Program-made: the position numbers and the translations under genes
Part shown: in pieces, positions 1 to 10,770 of the stretch
Layout: every line of letters begins with the position of its first letter
Position numbering within the stretch: the first letter of the stretch is position 1
From: Sphingopyxis sp.
GTDB taxonomy: Bacteria > Pseudomonadota > Alphaproteobacteria > Sphingomonadales > Sphingomonadaceae
Reading direction: 5' to 3'
DNA length: 64,000 bases
NCBI GenBank assembly: GCA_041939405.1
Contig: JBGTUD010000003.1
Location: 4,657 to 68,656, forward strand
Notes under the pieces: generated by a model
What the model saw: the letters and a program-made list of their open reading frames with translations, nothing else
The model's database searches: none
What the model was told of the DNA's origin: nothing

Positions 1-632
1 AGGGCTGCGCGCCCTTCCTTGGCGTAAAGTAACGAATTGACCTGCCCGATTACCGAGATGTCAGCCGAGGACAGGCTGCTGCCGACAAGCCATGGCCCCG
101 CATCGAGCAGGGTATCGAGGGCCTCGAAATGCCGGTCGACGTCGGCGATCACCTTCTCGACCGGCTTGCGGCCAAGCCCCTGCGCTCGTGTCAGCGCCCC
201 GACGGCGTCGAGGATCATCTGCCGCAGCTGGTCCCGAGGCACAGCTGGAAATCCTTCCGCGAATTCGTCGAGCGCCGCGTCCAGATTATGCTCCCACGAG
301 AGCCGAAGCGTCATCTCGTAAAAATAGAGGCTTTCATCGGCCCAATCCTCGACGATATGCGCCTGCGCGCGCTCGCGTGCGTCCGCCGGGATCAGCGGCC
401 GCTCCGGAAAGGCGGAATCGAGATAAGCAAGGATGTCGGTGGAATCGAGCACCACCGTATCGCCATGTCGAATGGCTGGAAATTTTCCCGACACGCTGAC
501 GTCGGCATATTCCCCGCCCGCAACGCGCGCCCGATCGACCTCATGGACTTCAAACGGGATCGCCTTGTAGTTGAGCGCCCGGCGAACCTTCTCGGTAAAG
601 GGCGAAGTCGCAAACTGATAGAGCGTAATCAC
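1..632 (-). CDS. Glutathione S-transferase family protein (3' end runs off the window)
   Basis: Manual translation from GTG at 632, overlapping the SDR stop (GTGA): MITLYQFATSPFTEKVRRALNYKAIPFEV...GKFPAI...LDSTDILAYLD. GST N-terminal motifs. Open to the window edge; not in the ORF track. Confidence 0.85.
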   Translation of the reverse strand, partial: MITLYQFATSPFTEKVRRALNYKAIPFEVHEVDRARVAGGEYADVSVSGKFPAIRHGDTVVLDSTDILAYLDSAFPERPLIPADARERAQAHIVEDWADESLYFYEMTLRLSWEHNLDAALDEFAEGFPAVPRDQLRQMILDAVGALTRAQGLGRKPVEKVIADVDRHFEALDTLLDAGPWLVGSSLSSADISVIGQVNSLLYAKEGRAA

Positions 633-1501
633 TGTCTCTTGCTCCCCTCGGCGGTCGCTACCGCGCGCTCGAGCAGCGCGTCCATTTCATAGGCTTCGGC
701 ACCCTCATGCCAGGGCGCGAGCCTGGTCCATGCGTCGCGGACCTCTTCCCATCGCTTCTCGGCAGGGCGCACCGAATGCGCGTGGGTCGGGATGAAAAAC
801 TCGCCCGCCAGCACCCCGTCGACCGCCCGCCGACCGATTTCCGCCGCGGGCTTGCCCATCGACATCACCAAGTCGCCGAAGGCCAGCGTTGCCGCGTCAT
901 CCGCGGGCAAGGAGCTGTTTCGTTTCGAGCGGTTGAGTTCGGTGGCAACGATGCCCGGACACAGGATGCTGACGCCGATTTCATTCGGCAGCTCCGCGCG
1001 CAGCACGTCCGCCAGCCCAAGAACCGCATGTTTCGACGCGGTGTAGAAGCCAAGACCGCTATGCTGCAGCCCGATCGAATGCTCGGACCCTGTCAGGCAC
1101 AGCCGCCCAGCAATGCCCCGATCGACCATGCGCCGCGCAAAGGCGGCAGAGGTTTGCCAGACACCCCGGACATTGACCGCATATACGAAGTCGAACTCTT
1201 CGGGCTTCGCATCGATCAGTGCGCCGCCGACGCTGACACCGGCATTCGCGAAGAGCAGGCCGACCGGTCCGACCAACTGTTCGGACGCGTCGACAAGCGC
1301 GTGGATCGAGGCGGTGTCGGTGACATCGCAGCGACATGCAAAGGCACCAGCCCCGATGTCCCGGGCTGCCGCGGCGGCGCGCTCTTCGTCAATATCCGCA
1401 ACGACGACACGCCCTCCCCTCGCTACGATCTCGGCCGCGATCGCGCGACCGATCCCGCTTGCGGCACCGGTCACAACCGCGCCATATTGGTCCAGGTTCA
1501 T
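629..1501 (-). CDS. SDR family oxidoreductase
   Basis: MNLDQYGAVVTGAASGIG (TGxxxGIG), NAG, YTASK. Start trimmed from ORF 629..2218. Confidence 0.9.
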   Translation of the reverse strand: MNLDQYGAVVTGAASGIGRAIAAEIVARGGRVVVADIDEERAAAAARDIGAGAFACRCDVTDTASIHALVDASEQLVGPVGLLFANAGVSVGGALIDAKPEEFDFVYAVNVRGVWQTSAAFARRMVDRGIAGRLCLTGSEHSIGLQHSGLGFYTASKHAVLGLADVLRAELPNEIGVSILCPGIVATELNRSKRNSSLPADDAATLAFGDLVMSMGKPAAEIGRRAVDGVLAGEFFIPTHAHSVRPAEKRWEEVRDAWTRLAPWHEGAEAYEMDALLERAVATAEGSKRQ

Positions 1502-1539
1502 CGCATCCCTCCTAGATTTGCAGCCGGACGGCTTGCCGA

Positions 1540-2448
1540 TCACATGCCGTAGAGCTCCGCCCGCTTGAGGATATTCCGGGTCAGGCGCAGCACAGCCACG
1601 TCGATCATCACGCCGTCGACCTGCACGGCCCCGAGCCCCTGGGCTTCGGCCTCGCGGTAGGCCGCCTCCTGTTTGCGCGCCCGCTCGACATCCTCGCGCG
1701 AGGGGCTGAAGACATCGAGTGCCGGTTCGATCTGCGACGGATGGATGGCCCATTTTCCCACCATGCCGAGCGAGCGTGCGCGCGTCGCCTCGACCCGATA
1801 ACCCGCTTCGTTGCGAAAATCCGCATAAGGCCCATCGACCGCGTCGATTCCGGCGGCCCGTGCGGCCATCGTGATGCGCCACCGTGCATAATGAAAGATA
1901 TCGCCCGGATAGCCATCGCTCGCGCCGATGGCCTTGACGTCGATACCCTGCGAGCCGGAATAATCGCCCATGCCGAAAACCAGGCACTCCATCCGATCGG
2001 TACAGGTCGCAATCTCTTCGACATTCTGGAGCGCCTGAACTTCCTCGATCAGCACCTCGATGCCGATCCGCTTCTCCAGCCCCAGCTTCTTCTCCAGCTG
2101 CGTCAGCATGCGGTCGAGAAAGAGGACGTCGGATGCACCCAGCGGCTTGGTCAACATGATAGTATCGACATTGGCGCCGGCACCTTCGACGATCTCGATG
2201 ATGTCGCCGTGGCACCATTCGGTCGTTACGTCGTTGATCCGCACGCAGCGCGTCTTCGTGCCCCAGTCCAGATTATTGAGCGCCCAGACGATCTTCTGCC
2301 GCGCCTCGACCTTGGTGGCGGGCGCGACCGCATCTTCGAGGTCGCAAAAAACATGGTCGGCGTTCGATTGCGCACCCTTGGCCAACATCTTTTCGACCGA
2401 GCCAGGCACCGACAATTGGCACCTGCGCGCGCGCAGCGGACGTGTCAT
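1540..2448 (-). CDS. HpcH/HpaI-CitE family CoA-ester lyase, L-malyl-CoA/beta-methylmalyl-CoA lyase-like
   Basis: RRCQLSVPG...DLEDAVAP...VRIN...VDGPYADF...GMVGKWAIHPSQI. Start taken at MTRPLR. Confidence 0.85.
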   Translation of the reverse strand: MTRPLRARRCQLSVPGSVEKMLAKGAQSNADHVFCDLEDAVAPATKVEARQKIVWALNNLDWGTKTRCVRINDVTTEWCHGDIIEIVEGAGANVDTIMLTKPLGASDVLFLDRMLTQLEKKLGLEKRIGIEVLIEEVQALQNVEEIATCTDRMECLVFGMGDYSGSQGIDVKAIGASDGYPGDIFHYARWRITMAARAAGIDAVDGPYADFRNEAGYRVEATRARSLGMVGKWAIHPSQIEPALDVFSPSREDVERARKQEAAYREAEAQGLGAVQVDGVMIDVAVLRLTRNILKRAELYGM

Positions 2449-2593
2449 TCGAAATCCTTCCCATTCACCATTATCGCCGACCGAGGCGAGTATCAGCGTC
2501 ATCTCGACGTATGTGCCCGCGTGTGGTCGATACCCCATCTTGGGGGGCAGCAGACTGTTTCGACAAGCCTGTCCAAGCAATCCGCGCCCAGTG

Positions 2594-2607
2594 ATTACAT
2601 GTGCAAT
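2594..2607. promoter_or_regulatory. Palindromic operator ATTACA-TG-TGCAAT (second copy at 2650-2663)
   Basis: Lies in a divergent intergenic region; the same motif recurs upstream of most genes from 2.5 to 25 kb. Confidence 0.65.
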
Positions 2608-2750
2608 CAGCATCGACCCATTGGATGGCAAAGCGCCCTCCCGGGGTTCATCGCATGCGTAATCAATGCCCATTTTCAGCGGCGCCCGATGGCGCATTGG
2701 TCGGCCTTCGGTCTAGGCTGTCCGAAACCGCAATTCAGGGGATTGGACGA

Positions 2751-3968
2751 ATGGAGAGGCCGCAATTCGGAGCGCTGAGCGATCTTAGGGTCATCGACCT
2801 GACGCAAATGCTCGCGGGTCCCTATGCCACGATGATGCTGGCGGATCATGGAGCCGAGGTGATCAAGGTCGAGCCGCCGACGGGCGACATGACGCGGAAC
2901 GGCGGCCCTTTCCGCGAAGATGACAGCCTTCGCGTGCTCGGCGGCTATTTTCAGAGCATCGATCGCAACAAGCGGAGCATCTGCCTCGATCTTAAATCGG
3001 AGCCCGGACGCAAGGCGCTGCTTACGCTGGTCCGCGATGCCGACGCTGTCGTCGAGAATTTTCGGCCGGGGGTGATGGACCGGCTGGGAATCGGATATGA
3101 AGTGCTGAGCGAGGTCAACCCGCGTCTCGTCTATGGCGCGCTCAGCGGCTTTGGCGACCGCCGCACGGGGGAGTCGCCGTTCGGAACATGGCCCGCCTTC
3201 GACGTCGTCGCGCAGGCGATGGGTGGCATCATGGCGATCACCGGCCCCGACCCCCATACGCCGACGAAGATAGGCCCGGGCGTCGGCGACATCGTCCCCG
3301 GCATGATGCTCGCTTTCGGCGTGCTAGCGGCCGTGCATGAAGCCCGCCGGTCGGGCACGGGCCAGTTCGTCGATGTCTCGATGGTCGATGCCGTTCTGGC
3401 CTTGTGCGAACGCGCAGTGTGGCAGCGCTCGGTTGCCGGCGCCATTCCCGGACCCGAAGGAAATCATCATCCGTTTCTCTGTCCGTTCGGCATGTTCCCG
3501 GCTGCCGATGGCTTCGTTACCGTTGCCGCCCAGCAGGACGGTTTTTTCCGAATTCTGTGCGACGCGATCGGCTCGCCGGAACTGACGTCCGACCCACGCT
3601 ACGCAACCTATGAGGGCCGCTCGGCGAACCGCATCGCGCTCATCGAGGACCTCGGGGCGCAGCTGAGAAAATTCACCAAGGCAGAGCTGACCGACCGGCT
3701 TGGAGGCAAGATCCCCTTCGGCCCGGTGCTCGATATCGGCGAGATCGAGCAAAATCCGCATTTCGCGGCGCGCGAGATGCTCGCAGAAGTCGAACAGCCG
3801 GGCTCGGCAAATCCGATCCGCGTCGCCGGCGTTCCGGTCAAGATGACCCGGACACCTGGCCGGGTCGCGCGCCGGGCCCCTCTTCTTGGCGAAGACACCC
3901 GCGCCTATCTCGAACTTGCCGGCCTCAGCACCTGCGAGATTGATGCCTGCATGGCCGTGCAGGCGTAA
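2751..3968 (+). CDS. CaiB/BaiF family (class III) CoA-transferase
   Basis: LSDLRVIDLTQMLAGPYATMMLADHGAEVIKVEPP, ENFRPG, PAFDVVAQAMGG, APLLGEDT. Confidence 0.93.
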   Translation: MERPQFGALSDLRVIDLTQMLAGPYATMMLADHGAEVIKVEPPTGDMTRNGGPFREDDSLRVLGGYFQSIDRNKRSICLDLKSEPGRKALLTLVRDADAVVENFRPGVMDRLGIGYEVLSEVNPRLVYGALSGFGDRRTGESPFGTWPAFDVVAQAMGGIMAITGPDPHTPTKIGPGVGDIVPGMMLAFGVLAAVHEARRSGTGQFVDVSMVDAVLALCERAVWQRSVAGAIPGPEGNHHPFLCPFGMFPAADGFVTVAAQQDGFFRILCDAIGSPELTSDPRYATYEGRSANRIALIEDLGAQLRKFTKAELTDRLGGKIPFGPVLDIGEIEQNPHFAAREMLAEVEQPGSANPIRVAGVPVKMTRTPGRVARRAPLLGEDTRAYLELAGLSTCEIDACMAVQA

Positions 3969-4075
3969 TGGGAAGCGATGAGGAATGTCGTTCTGGGCGC
4001 TGGAGTCTCGCGCATTCGCACGATGTCCGCGACCCTATGGCATGTTTCGACGCAACCTCTTGATGGAGGGATAAA

Positions 4076-5509
4076 ATGAACAACTGGGACAATTTCATCG
4101 ACGGCCGGGCCGTGCCCCCCGCGCAAGGCCGCTATATCGACGCCTTCGCCCCCGCGACGGGCGCGGTTTCCGGGCGGGTCGCAGCCAGCACGTCCGATGA
4201 TGTCGACCAGGCCGTGAGGGCGGCATCGGCTGCCTCGCCGTCCTGGCGTGGCGGCCGCCCGATCGAACGCGGCAGGATTCTGGCGCGTATTGCGCAATTG
4301 ATCCGCGACAAGGCGCCGCTGCTCGCCGCGATCGAAAGCGAGGAAACGGGCAAGCCGAGTTGGCAATCGCCGATCGAAATCGAGATCGCGGCGCAATATT
4401 TCGAATTCTACGGCGGCCTCGTGAACCTGTTTCAGGGCGAAAAGATCGACCTCGGCAGCGGCTATCACTCATACACGGTTCGCGAGCCCTTCGGCGTCGT
4501 CGGGGTGATCACCCCCTGGAACGCCCCGCTGAACCAGGCAGCCCGGGGAATCGCGCCCGCGCTGGCGGCTGGCAATTGCGTCGTCGCCAAGCCTTCCGAG
4601 TTCACGTCGGGCAGCTTGGTCACGCTCGCAAAGCTTGCGGTCGAAGAGGCCGGACTGCCCGCAGGCGTACTCAATGTCGTGCTTGGCGAGGGCGAGGAAG
4701 CCGGCGCCGCGCTGGTGGCGCACGCCGGTGTCGGCAAGCTAGCCTTCACCGGCAGCGTGCGCGCCGGCAAGGCGATCGGCAAGCTTGCCGCCGACCGTAT
4801 CATTCCGTTGACGCTGGAACTGGGCGGCAAGTCTCCCAACATCATTTTCGCCGACGCGAAACTCGATGAAGCCATTGCCGGCGCGGTGCGCGCATTCGCG
4901 GTCAATGCGGGCCAGGTTTGCCTTGCGGGAACACGCCTGCTCGTCGAACGCAGCATTTATCCCGAAGTGCTCGAAATGCTGAGCGCGGCAGTCAATGCGA
5001 TCAAGGTCGGCCCCGGCGCCGACGCCATCATGGGCCCGCTGACTACACGCGCCCAGTTCGAGCGCGTTCGGCACTTCTTCGGCGTTGCCGAAGCCGATGG
5101 CGCCCGGCTCGTGGCCGGAGGAGAGACCGAAGCCGAACCCGGCTGGGGAGAAGGCTGGTTCGTCCGCCCAACCGTCTATGCCGATGTGTCCAACGACATG
5201 CAGATCGCCCGCGAGGAAATATTCGGCCCCATCCTCTCGGTCATCCCGTTCGATGACGAAGCCGAAGCGATCCGCATTGCCAACGATACCGAGTACGGAC
5301 TGGCCGCGGGACTCTGGACCAGCGATCTGTCGCGTGCCCACCGGGTCGCGGGCGCGATAGAGGCGGGACAGATTTACGTCAACGAATATCAGGCCGGCGG
5401 CGTAGAGACGCCGCTCGGCGGTTTCAAGATGAGTGGCTACGGCCATGAAAAGGGGATCGAGGCGCTGCACCATTATAGCCGCCTCAAATGCATCACGATC
5501 AAGCTCTGA
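4076..5509 (+). CDS. Aldehyde dehydrogenase
   Basis: ITPWNAP, FTGS, LELGGKSP, catalytic Cys in GQVCLAG, EEIFGP. GGAGG RBS. Confidence 0.95.
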   Translation: MNNWDNFIDGRAVPPAQGRYIDAFAPATGAVSGRVAASTSDDVDQAVRAASAASPSWRGGRPIERGRILARIAQLIRDKAPLLAAIESEETGKPSWQSPIEIEIAAQYFEFYGGLVNLFQGEKIDLGSGYHSYTVREPFGVVGVITPWNAPLNQAARGIAPALAAGNCVVAKPSEFTSGSLVTLAKLAVEEAGLPAGVLNVVLGEGEEAGAALVAHAGVGKLAFTGSVRAGKAIGKLAADRIIPLTLELGGKSPNIIFADAKLDEAIAGAVRAFAVNAGQVCLAGTRLLVERSIYPEVLEMLSAAVNAIKVGPGADAIMGPLTTRAQFERVRHFFGVAEADGARLVAGGETEAEPGWGEGWFVRPTVYADVSNDMQIAREEIFGPILSVIPFDDEAEAIRIANDTEYGLAAGLWTSDLSRAHRVAGAIEAGQIYVNEYQAGGVETPLGGFKMSGYGHEKGIEALHHYSRLKCITIKL

Positions 5510-5577
5510 CGGAGCGCCGGTCGGCGACCGGCCAGAGATGGGTGGCGCTGGCTCCCAATAGCAAGAAGGAAAAGCAA

Positions 5578-6762
5578 ATGAGCGAAGCAGCCGATAGCCG
5601 GTGGACTGCCGAACGCGTGATGATACGCGACGTCGCGCGCGATTTCGCGATGAACGTCGTGTTGCCGATCGCCAATCGCCGCGATCCCGAAAAAGGCGAT
5701 ATCCCGCCTGAGATCATCGCCCAGATGGGCGAACTCGGATTCTTCGGCATCCTCATTCCCGAGGAATATGGCGGGCTCGGCCTCGGCGTTTTCGAATATT
5801 GCCTGGTGGCGGAAGAACTGTCGCGCGCCTGGATGAGTGTCGGCAGCATGATCGCGCGGGGCAACTCCTTCTACAAGGCGATCGGCGGCCCCGAGGAGCG
5901 AAAGCGAGAAAAAATCGCCCTTATGGCGCAGGGAAAATATCTGGGCGCGGCGGCACTGTCTGAACCGGGCACGGGTTCCGACCTGTCCGGCGTCGCCTGC
6001 CGGGCAAGGCGCGACGGCGACGAATGGGTGATCAGCGGCAATAAATATTGGTGCACTTTTGCCGACGGCGCCGATTTCATCAGCGTCCTTTGCCGCGTCG
6101 ATGGCGAAGAGCCTGTCCCGGGAGCGCGCCCGAAAACCGTCAGCGTCATCGTCGAAAAACCCCGCGGCGAGCTGCCCGCCGGCGTAACAGGAAGCCCGAT
6201 CCCAAAAATCGGCTATTATGGCTGGAAGACTTGGGAGTTGCGCTTCGACGAGGTGAGGGCTCCGGCCTATACCGAGCGCTCGACCGGGAAAGGCTTCGAG
6301 GAAGCCGCCGCCGGTCTGGGCATTGCGCGGGCCCACACGGCGGCCCGCTCGATCGGCCTCGCACGCGGCGCGCTCGAGGATGCGATCGCCTATGCACGCG
6401 ACCGGCTGCAGTTCGGCGAGCCGATCTCGAATTTCCAGGCTATTCGTTTCAAGATCGCCACGATGGCAACCGAGATCGAGGCGGCGCGAGCGCTCATGTA
6501 CCATGTCTGCATGGAGCTGGACGCCGGACGCCCGGCCCGCGCGGAAATATCGATGGTCAAATATTTTGCCGCCGAGATGGCCGAGCGGGTGACGAGCGAG
6601 GCCCTGCAGATTCTGGGCGGGGCCGGGTACACCACGTTGCACGCGGTCGAGCGCCACTGGCGCGATGCCCGCCTGACCAAGATTTTCGAGGGAACGTCGG
6701 AAATCCAGCAGCGGATCATTGCCGATGTTCTGTTGGGCAAGCCCGTGCCCAAGGCCGGCTAG
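5578..6762 (+). CDS. Acyl-CoA dehydrogenase
   Basis: ALSEPGTGSDL, RLQFGEPISNFQAI, QILGGAGY, KIFEGTSEIQ. Confidence 0.93.
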   Translation: MSEAADSRWTAERVMIRDVARDFAMNVVLPIANRRDPEKGDIPPEIIAQMGELGFFGILIPEEYGGLGLGVFEYCLVAEELSRAWMSVGSMIARGNSFYKAIGGPEERKREKIALMAQGKYLGAAALSEPGTGSDLSGVACRARRDGDEWVISGNKYWCTFADGADFISVLCRVDGEEPVPGARPKTVSVIVEKPRGELPAGVTGSPIPKIGYYGWKTWELRFDEVRAPAYTERSTGKGFEEAAAGLGIARAHTAARSIGLARGALEDAIAYARDRLQFGEPISNFQAIRFKIATMATEIEAARALMYHVCMELDAGRPARAEISMVKYFAAEMAERVTSEALQILGGAGYTTLHAVERHWRDARLTKIFEGTSEIQQRIIADVLLGKPVPKAG

Positions 6763-6772
6763 CCCGCCCGCC

Positions 6773-7693
6773 TCAATCCTTAAGCCGATAACCGGAACCG
6801 CTGGGCACAATAAGACCGCCCGAGCTTCCCGCCCAATGGCTGCCGATCATCAGGGTGCGCCGCGCTGCCGCGTCGTCGAGCATCGAGCGGCGCGTCGCCG
6901 CCGCCATCGGGCCATCCCAGTCGACGAGCGTTCCCCATTCAGGATGCGCGAGTTGGCAGGGATGATGTATCGCGTCTCCCGTGATCACCGCTTCCTCGCC
7001 TCCTGAGGAAATCGAAACCGCGACATGCCCGGGCGTATGGCCGGGCGTTGGCACCAGCCGAACCTCCTCGCACACGCGATAGTCGTCATCGACAAGGTCC
7101 ACGAGACCGGCTTCGACCACCGGCTGGATCGAGTCCGCAAACACGAGCGGAAGCAAGCCGCCCAGCGGGTCATCCGGCTTCGCCTCGGCCAGTTCATCGA
7201 GAGCGTGATGATATTCGCGTCGGCCGAAGAGATAGCGTGCGCGCGGAAAGGTTGGCACCCATTGGCCACGGACACGGTGTGTATTCCAACCGACATGATC
7301 GAGGTGAAGATGGGTGCAAATGACCGTGTCGACCTGATGCGGGCCAAATCCCGCCGCTTCGAGACTGGCGAGAAAGGATATATTGAGGCCGTCCCAAAAG
7401 GGCGCGAGCGGCGCGCGGGCACGCTCGTTGCCGACGCAGGTATCGACGAGAATTTTGCGTGTCGGGGTGCGGATGCCGATCGCATGAACGCTAAAACGCA
7501 TGCGCCCGTCGGGCAGGACATGGTCCGGGCTGAGCCAATCGTGCGCGGCGAGCGCCTCGGCCGTCGCATCGGGTATCAGCCCATCGAGGTCGCCCGCGAT
7601 CGACTGTTCGACGATGCGCGTGAGCGTACAGTCACCGACCTTCCAGATCAGAAACTCATCAACCCTCCGGCAGATCCTATTTCCCTTGGACAT
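6773..7693 (-). CDS. MBL-fold metallo-hydrolase (lactonase-like)
   Basis: THLHLDHVG, TPGHTPGH and TGDAIH zinc motifs. GGAGG RBS before the ATG. Confidence 0.9.
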   Translation of the reverse strand: MSKGNRICRRVDEFLIWKVGDCTLTRIVEQSIAGDLDGLIPDATAEALAAHDWLSPDHVLPDGRMRFSVHAIGIRTPTRKILVDTCVGNERARAPLAPFWDGLNISFLASLEAAGFGPHQVDTVICTHLHLDHVGWNTHRVRGQWVPTFPRARYLFGRREYHHALDELAEAKPDDPLGGLLPLVFADSIQPVVEAGLVDLVDDDYRVCEEVRLVPTPGHTPGHVAVSISSGGEEAVITGDAIHHPCQLAHPEWGTLVDWDGPMAAATRRSMLDDAAARRTLMIGSHWAGSSGGLIVPSGSGYRLKD

Positions 7694-7778
7694 CTTTGCC
7701 TCCCAATTGCCATCAGATATAGGGAGAATTGATGAAAGAAATAATATTACGACACATCTGACTTTAGTTTCCTAAAAC

Positions 7779-7825
7779 AATACATATGCAATTTTTGCTG
7801 CCGACTCCCATATTATCTTTGTAAT
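7779..7825. promoter_or_regulatory. Two operator copies (AATACATATGCAAT; ATTATCTTTGTAAT) in an AT-rich divergent promoter
   Basis: Copies at 7779-7792 and 7812-7825 match ATTRCA-N2-TGYAAT with 1-3 mismatches. Confidence 0.55.
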
Positions 7826-7919
7826 ATTGTTTCTCGATAATTGCCTGTTCCCAAGCGTCCCGCCATGAATCGGGCGATCCGCGCACATATGCCGCGGAAA
7901 GACCCAGGGAGGGATAAAG

Positions 7920-10562
7920 ATGGCTAAAGGCATCACGAAATACGCGCACCTGTTCGGAACCGCCGCTGCATTCACCGTGCTCGCTTATGGCACGGCGGCC
8001 CGAGCGCAGGACACAGCGACGGAGCGGCCCGCCGAGGAGGAGGACAAGGGAGTCGCGCTTGGCGACATCGTGGTCACTGCGCAAAAGCGTTCGCAGGCGA
8101 TCATGGACGTTCCGGTTGCCGTAACCGCGCTCGACAGCGCTGCGCTCGACGCAACCGGAACAACCGATATCAAGGCGCTGAACTTTGTCTCGCCGAGCTT
8201 CAATATTTCGGTGCAGCAGAGCAAGGTATCGAATAACCCGGTAAGCATCCGCGGTGTCGGAACGACAGGAACCAACCCCGCATTCGAAGGGGCGGTTGGG
8301 GTTTACATCGACGGTGTCTATCGCAGCCGGGCGGGTCTGGCCCTGTCGACGTTCAACGACATCGATAGCGTCGAGCTGCTGCGCGGGCCGCAAGGAACGC
8401 TGTTCGGCAAGAATACGTCGGCGGGCGCGGTGCTCTTCAGCTCAACCAAACCCTCAACCAGAAGCGAAGCTGGCGCAGAACTCACTGTCGCCAACTATGG
8501 TGCGGTGCGCGCATCGGCGTTCATGAACCTGCCCGCGAACGACACGCTCTCGCTGCGCATCGCCGGCGTATATGACCGGGGGGATGGCTATTACAAGGAT
8601 CCGCAGACCGGCGAAAACGGCAACGACCGCGACAATTCTGCGCTGAAGTTCCAGGCGCTGTGGGAGCCGACCGCGAACGTGAGCGCTCGTCTGATCGCCG
8701 ATTATGGGCGAACGTCGGAGACCTGCTGCTACGCGATGGTGGGACGCACGGGACCCGTGCTGATCCCCGCTCTCGAACCGATCTACGCCGCGATGGCGCA
8801 GTCGCTCGGTCGTCCCTATTATGGAGATCAAGGCATCACTCGTTTCAGCCGAGACTCGCTTCTGAACATTTACGGCCCGGACTCGACGCGGGACTATGGC
8901 GTCAGTCTCGATCTGAACGTCGATTTCAGCCAGGCCTTCTCGCTGCGGTCGATAACCTCCTATCGCCGGTTCAAATATTCGCAGCTGAACGGGGATTGGG
9001 ATTTCGGGCCGGTCGACATCGGCCAGGACCTCAACGAACGGTACAGCATCAAATCCTTCAGCCAGGAACTGAACGGCACACTCGAACTGCCGTTCCTCGA
9101 CGATGGCTCGATCACATCGTTGTTCGGCGGCTATTATTCGAACGAAACGATGGATTATGAACGGTCGATCAGCGCCGGCAGCCAGCTGGGCTTCGACTGG
9201 TCGCTTGCCTTCGCCGGAGCGCTCGGCCCGGCGCTGGGCCTGTTCACCGCTGACGCACCCACGATCCAGGCGGCCCTTGCTGGCGATCCTGCCGCGTTCC
9301 AGAGCCTTTATGCCCGCCAGTTTACCATCGCGCCGGGCCCGATCGGGTCGCTGGCAACGCAGGGCCTGCCATTCGACCACAGCATCTTCAACTCAAGCGA
9401 TGAGGTGCTCGCAGCTTTCACCCACAACACGCTGAAGTTCAACGACAAGTTCAGCGCGGTCATCGGCCTGCGCTATTCGCGTGAGGTCAAGAAAGGCGAT
9501 CATACCAACGGGCTGTTCCCTGGCGATCGCAATGCCTATTTCAATTATATTCTCGCCAATCATGCCGGTTTCGGACTGCTCGGCGCCTCGACAAGCGGTA
9601 ATGACTTCGACGCCCGCCAGAAGGATAGCGAATTCACCTACAATCTCAGCCTGCAATATTTCCCGACCGAAGATATCCAGATCTACGTCACCCATGCGCG
9701 CGGCTTCAAGGCAGGCGGCATCACGTTGAATCCCGATGCCGCGGGCGGCAGTCCCAATGTCGCGCTCTGGCTCGCCCAGCCGCAAACGCAGCAGTTCCTC
9801 GCGAATGCCGCTGCCGGCGACTTCGGCCCAGGCGCTCCCTTCCCCGGGGTGACAACGCCGGCCGGACCGCAATTCTCGCCAAGCCAGTCGCCCAATTATG
9901 CCCCCGAACGCGTCCGATCCTACGAGCTTGGGATCAAGGCGAAATATCTCGACGGACGGGGACGGATGGCGCTCACCGGATTCATCCAGAATTATTCGAA
10001 CATCCAGTTTTCTGTCTTCACCGGCACCGCGTTCGTAACGGCGAACGGCCCGACGGCAACGACGCGCGGATTCGAACTCGAGAACAGCTTCCAGGTGACG
10101 CCGTCACTTCGTTTCGACACCTCGGCGACCTGGCTACCCGACGCGTCCTTCGGCAAGCCCGATCCCGGTTCCGCGTTCGCGGCGGGCTTCCCCAACCTGC
10201 TGAACGGCCGTCGACTTACGCCGGCTTCGAAATTCGCCGGAACCGCAACCATGGTCTTCGACACGCCCGTCACCGACCGGATCAATCTGTTTGCCAACGC
10301 GAACCTCAACTATGTCAGTTCCTTCTATGGCGAGGTCGGCCGCAACGACAAGCAACCGAGCCGCACCGTCATCAACCTCAACTTCGGACTTCGCGACTCC
10401 GACGGTCGCTGGTCTGCCGGCCTGTTCGTGCGCAATCTGACGAAGGAAAACTGGTTCGCATCGACGTTCAGCCAGCCCCTTCTCTTCAGCAGCCCGTCGA
10501 TGGGCTATACCGGCGAACCGCGCACGTTCGGCGCGACGGTCTCTGTACGTTTCGGAGACTGA
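7920..10562 (+). CDS. TonB-dependent receptor
   Basis: Signal peptide, DIVVTAQKR, plug motif VELLRGPQGTLFGKNTSAG, C-terminal PRTFGATVSVRF. Confidence 0.95.
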   Translation: MAKGITKYAHLFGTAAAFTVLAYGTAARAQDTATERPAEEEDKGVALGDIVVTAQKRSQAIMDVPVAVTALDSAALDATGTTDIKALNFVSPSFNISVQQSKVSNNPVSIRGVGTTGTNPAFEGAVGVYIDGVYRSRAGLALSTFNDIDSVELLRGPQGTLFGKNTSAGAVLFSSTKPSTRSEAGAELTVANYGAVRASAFMNLPANDTLSLRIAGVYDRGDGYYKDPQTGENGNDRDNSALKFQALWEPTANVSARLIADYGRTSETCCYAMVGRTGPVLIPALEPIYAAMAQSLGRPYYGDQGITRFSRDSLLNIYGPDSTRDYGVSLDLNVDFSQAFSLRSITSYRRFKYSQLNGDWDFGPVDIGQDLNERYSIKSFSQELNGTLELPFLDDGSITSLFGGYYSNETMDYERSISAGSQLGFDWSLAFAGALGPALGLFTADAPTIQAALAGDPAAFQSLYARQFTIAPGPIGSLATQGLPFDHSIFNSSDEVLAAFTHNTLKFNDKFSAVIGLRYSREVKKGDHTNGLFPGDRNAYFNYILANHAGFGLLGASTSGNDFDARQKDSEFTYNLSLQYFPTEDIQIYVTHARGFKAGGITLNPDAAGGSPNVALWLAQPQTQQFLANAAAGDFGPGAPFPGVTTPAGPQFSPSQSPNYAPERVRSYELGIKAKYLDGRGRMALTGFIQNYSNIQFSVFTGTAFVTANGPTATTRGFELENSFQVTPSLRFDTSATWLPDASFGKPDPGSAFAAGFPNLLNGRRLTPASKFAGTATMVFDTPVTDRINLFANANLNYVSSFYGEVGRNDKQPSRTVINLNFGLRDSDGRWSAGLFVRNLTKENWFASTFSQPLLFSSPSMGYTGEPRTFGATVSVRFGD

Positions 10563-10676
10563 CCCCGGAGGGGAGTGGGCGCCGGTGGGGAAGCCGGCGT
10601 CCATTCTTCCCGATTTTGATCTGTTGATATTATCTCTTATTTTCAAATTGTTATATCGCGCCCCTCCTTCCAAATA

Positions 10677-10690
10677 ATTGCATTTGTAAT
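10677..10690. promoter_or_regulatory. Operator ATTGCA-TT-TGTAAT
   Basis: Perfect match to the consensus, upstream of the second TonB receptor. Confidence 0.65.
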
Positions 10691-10770
10691 GCCGGTCGCG
10701 GTCATATTGCCGACCCCGCATCGCCTTCGGTAGCCCCTGTCCGAACAATAAAATCGAGGGAGTTGGAACC

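Noticed and set aside
629-2218. 529-aa fusion ORF
   Set aside because: The N-terminal extension overlaps the lyase gene in another frame; the real SDR starts at 1501.
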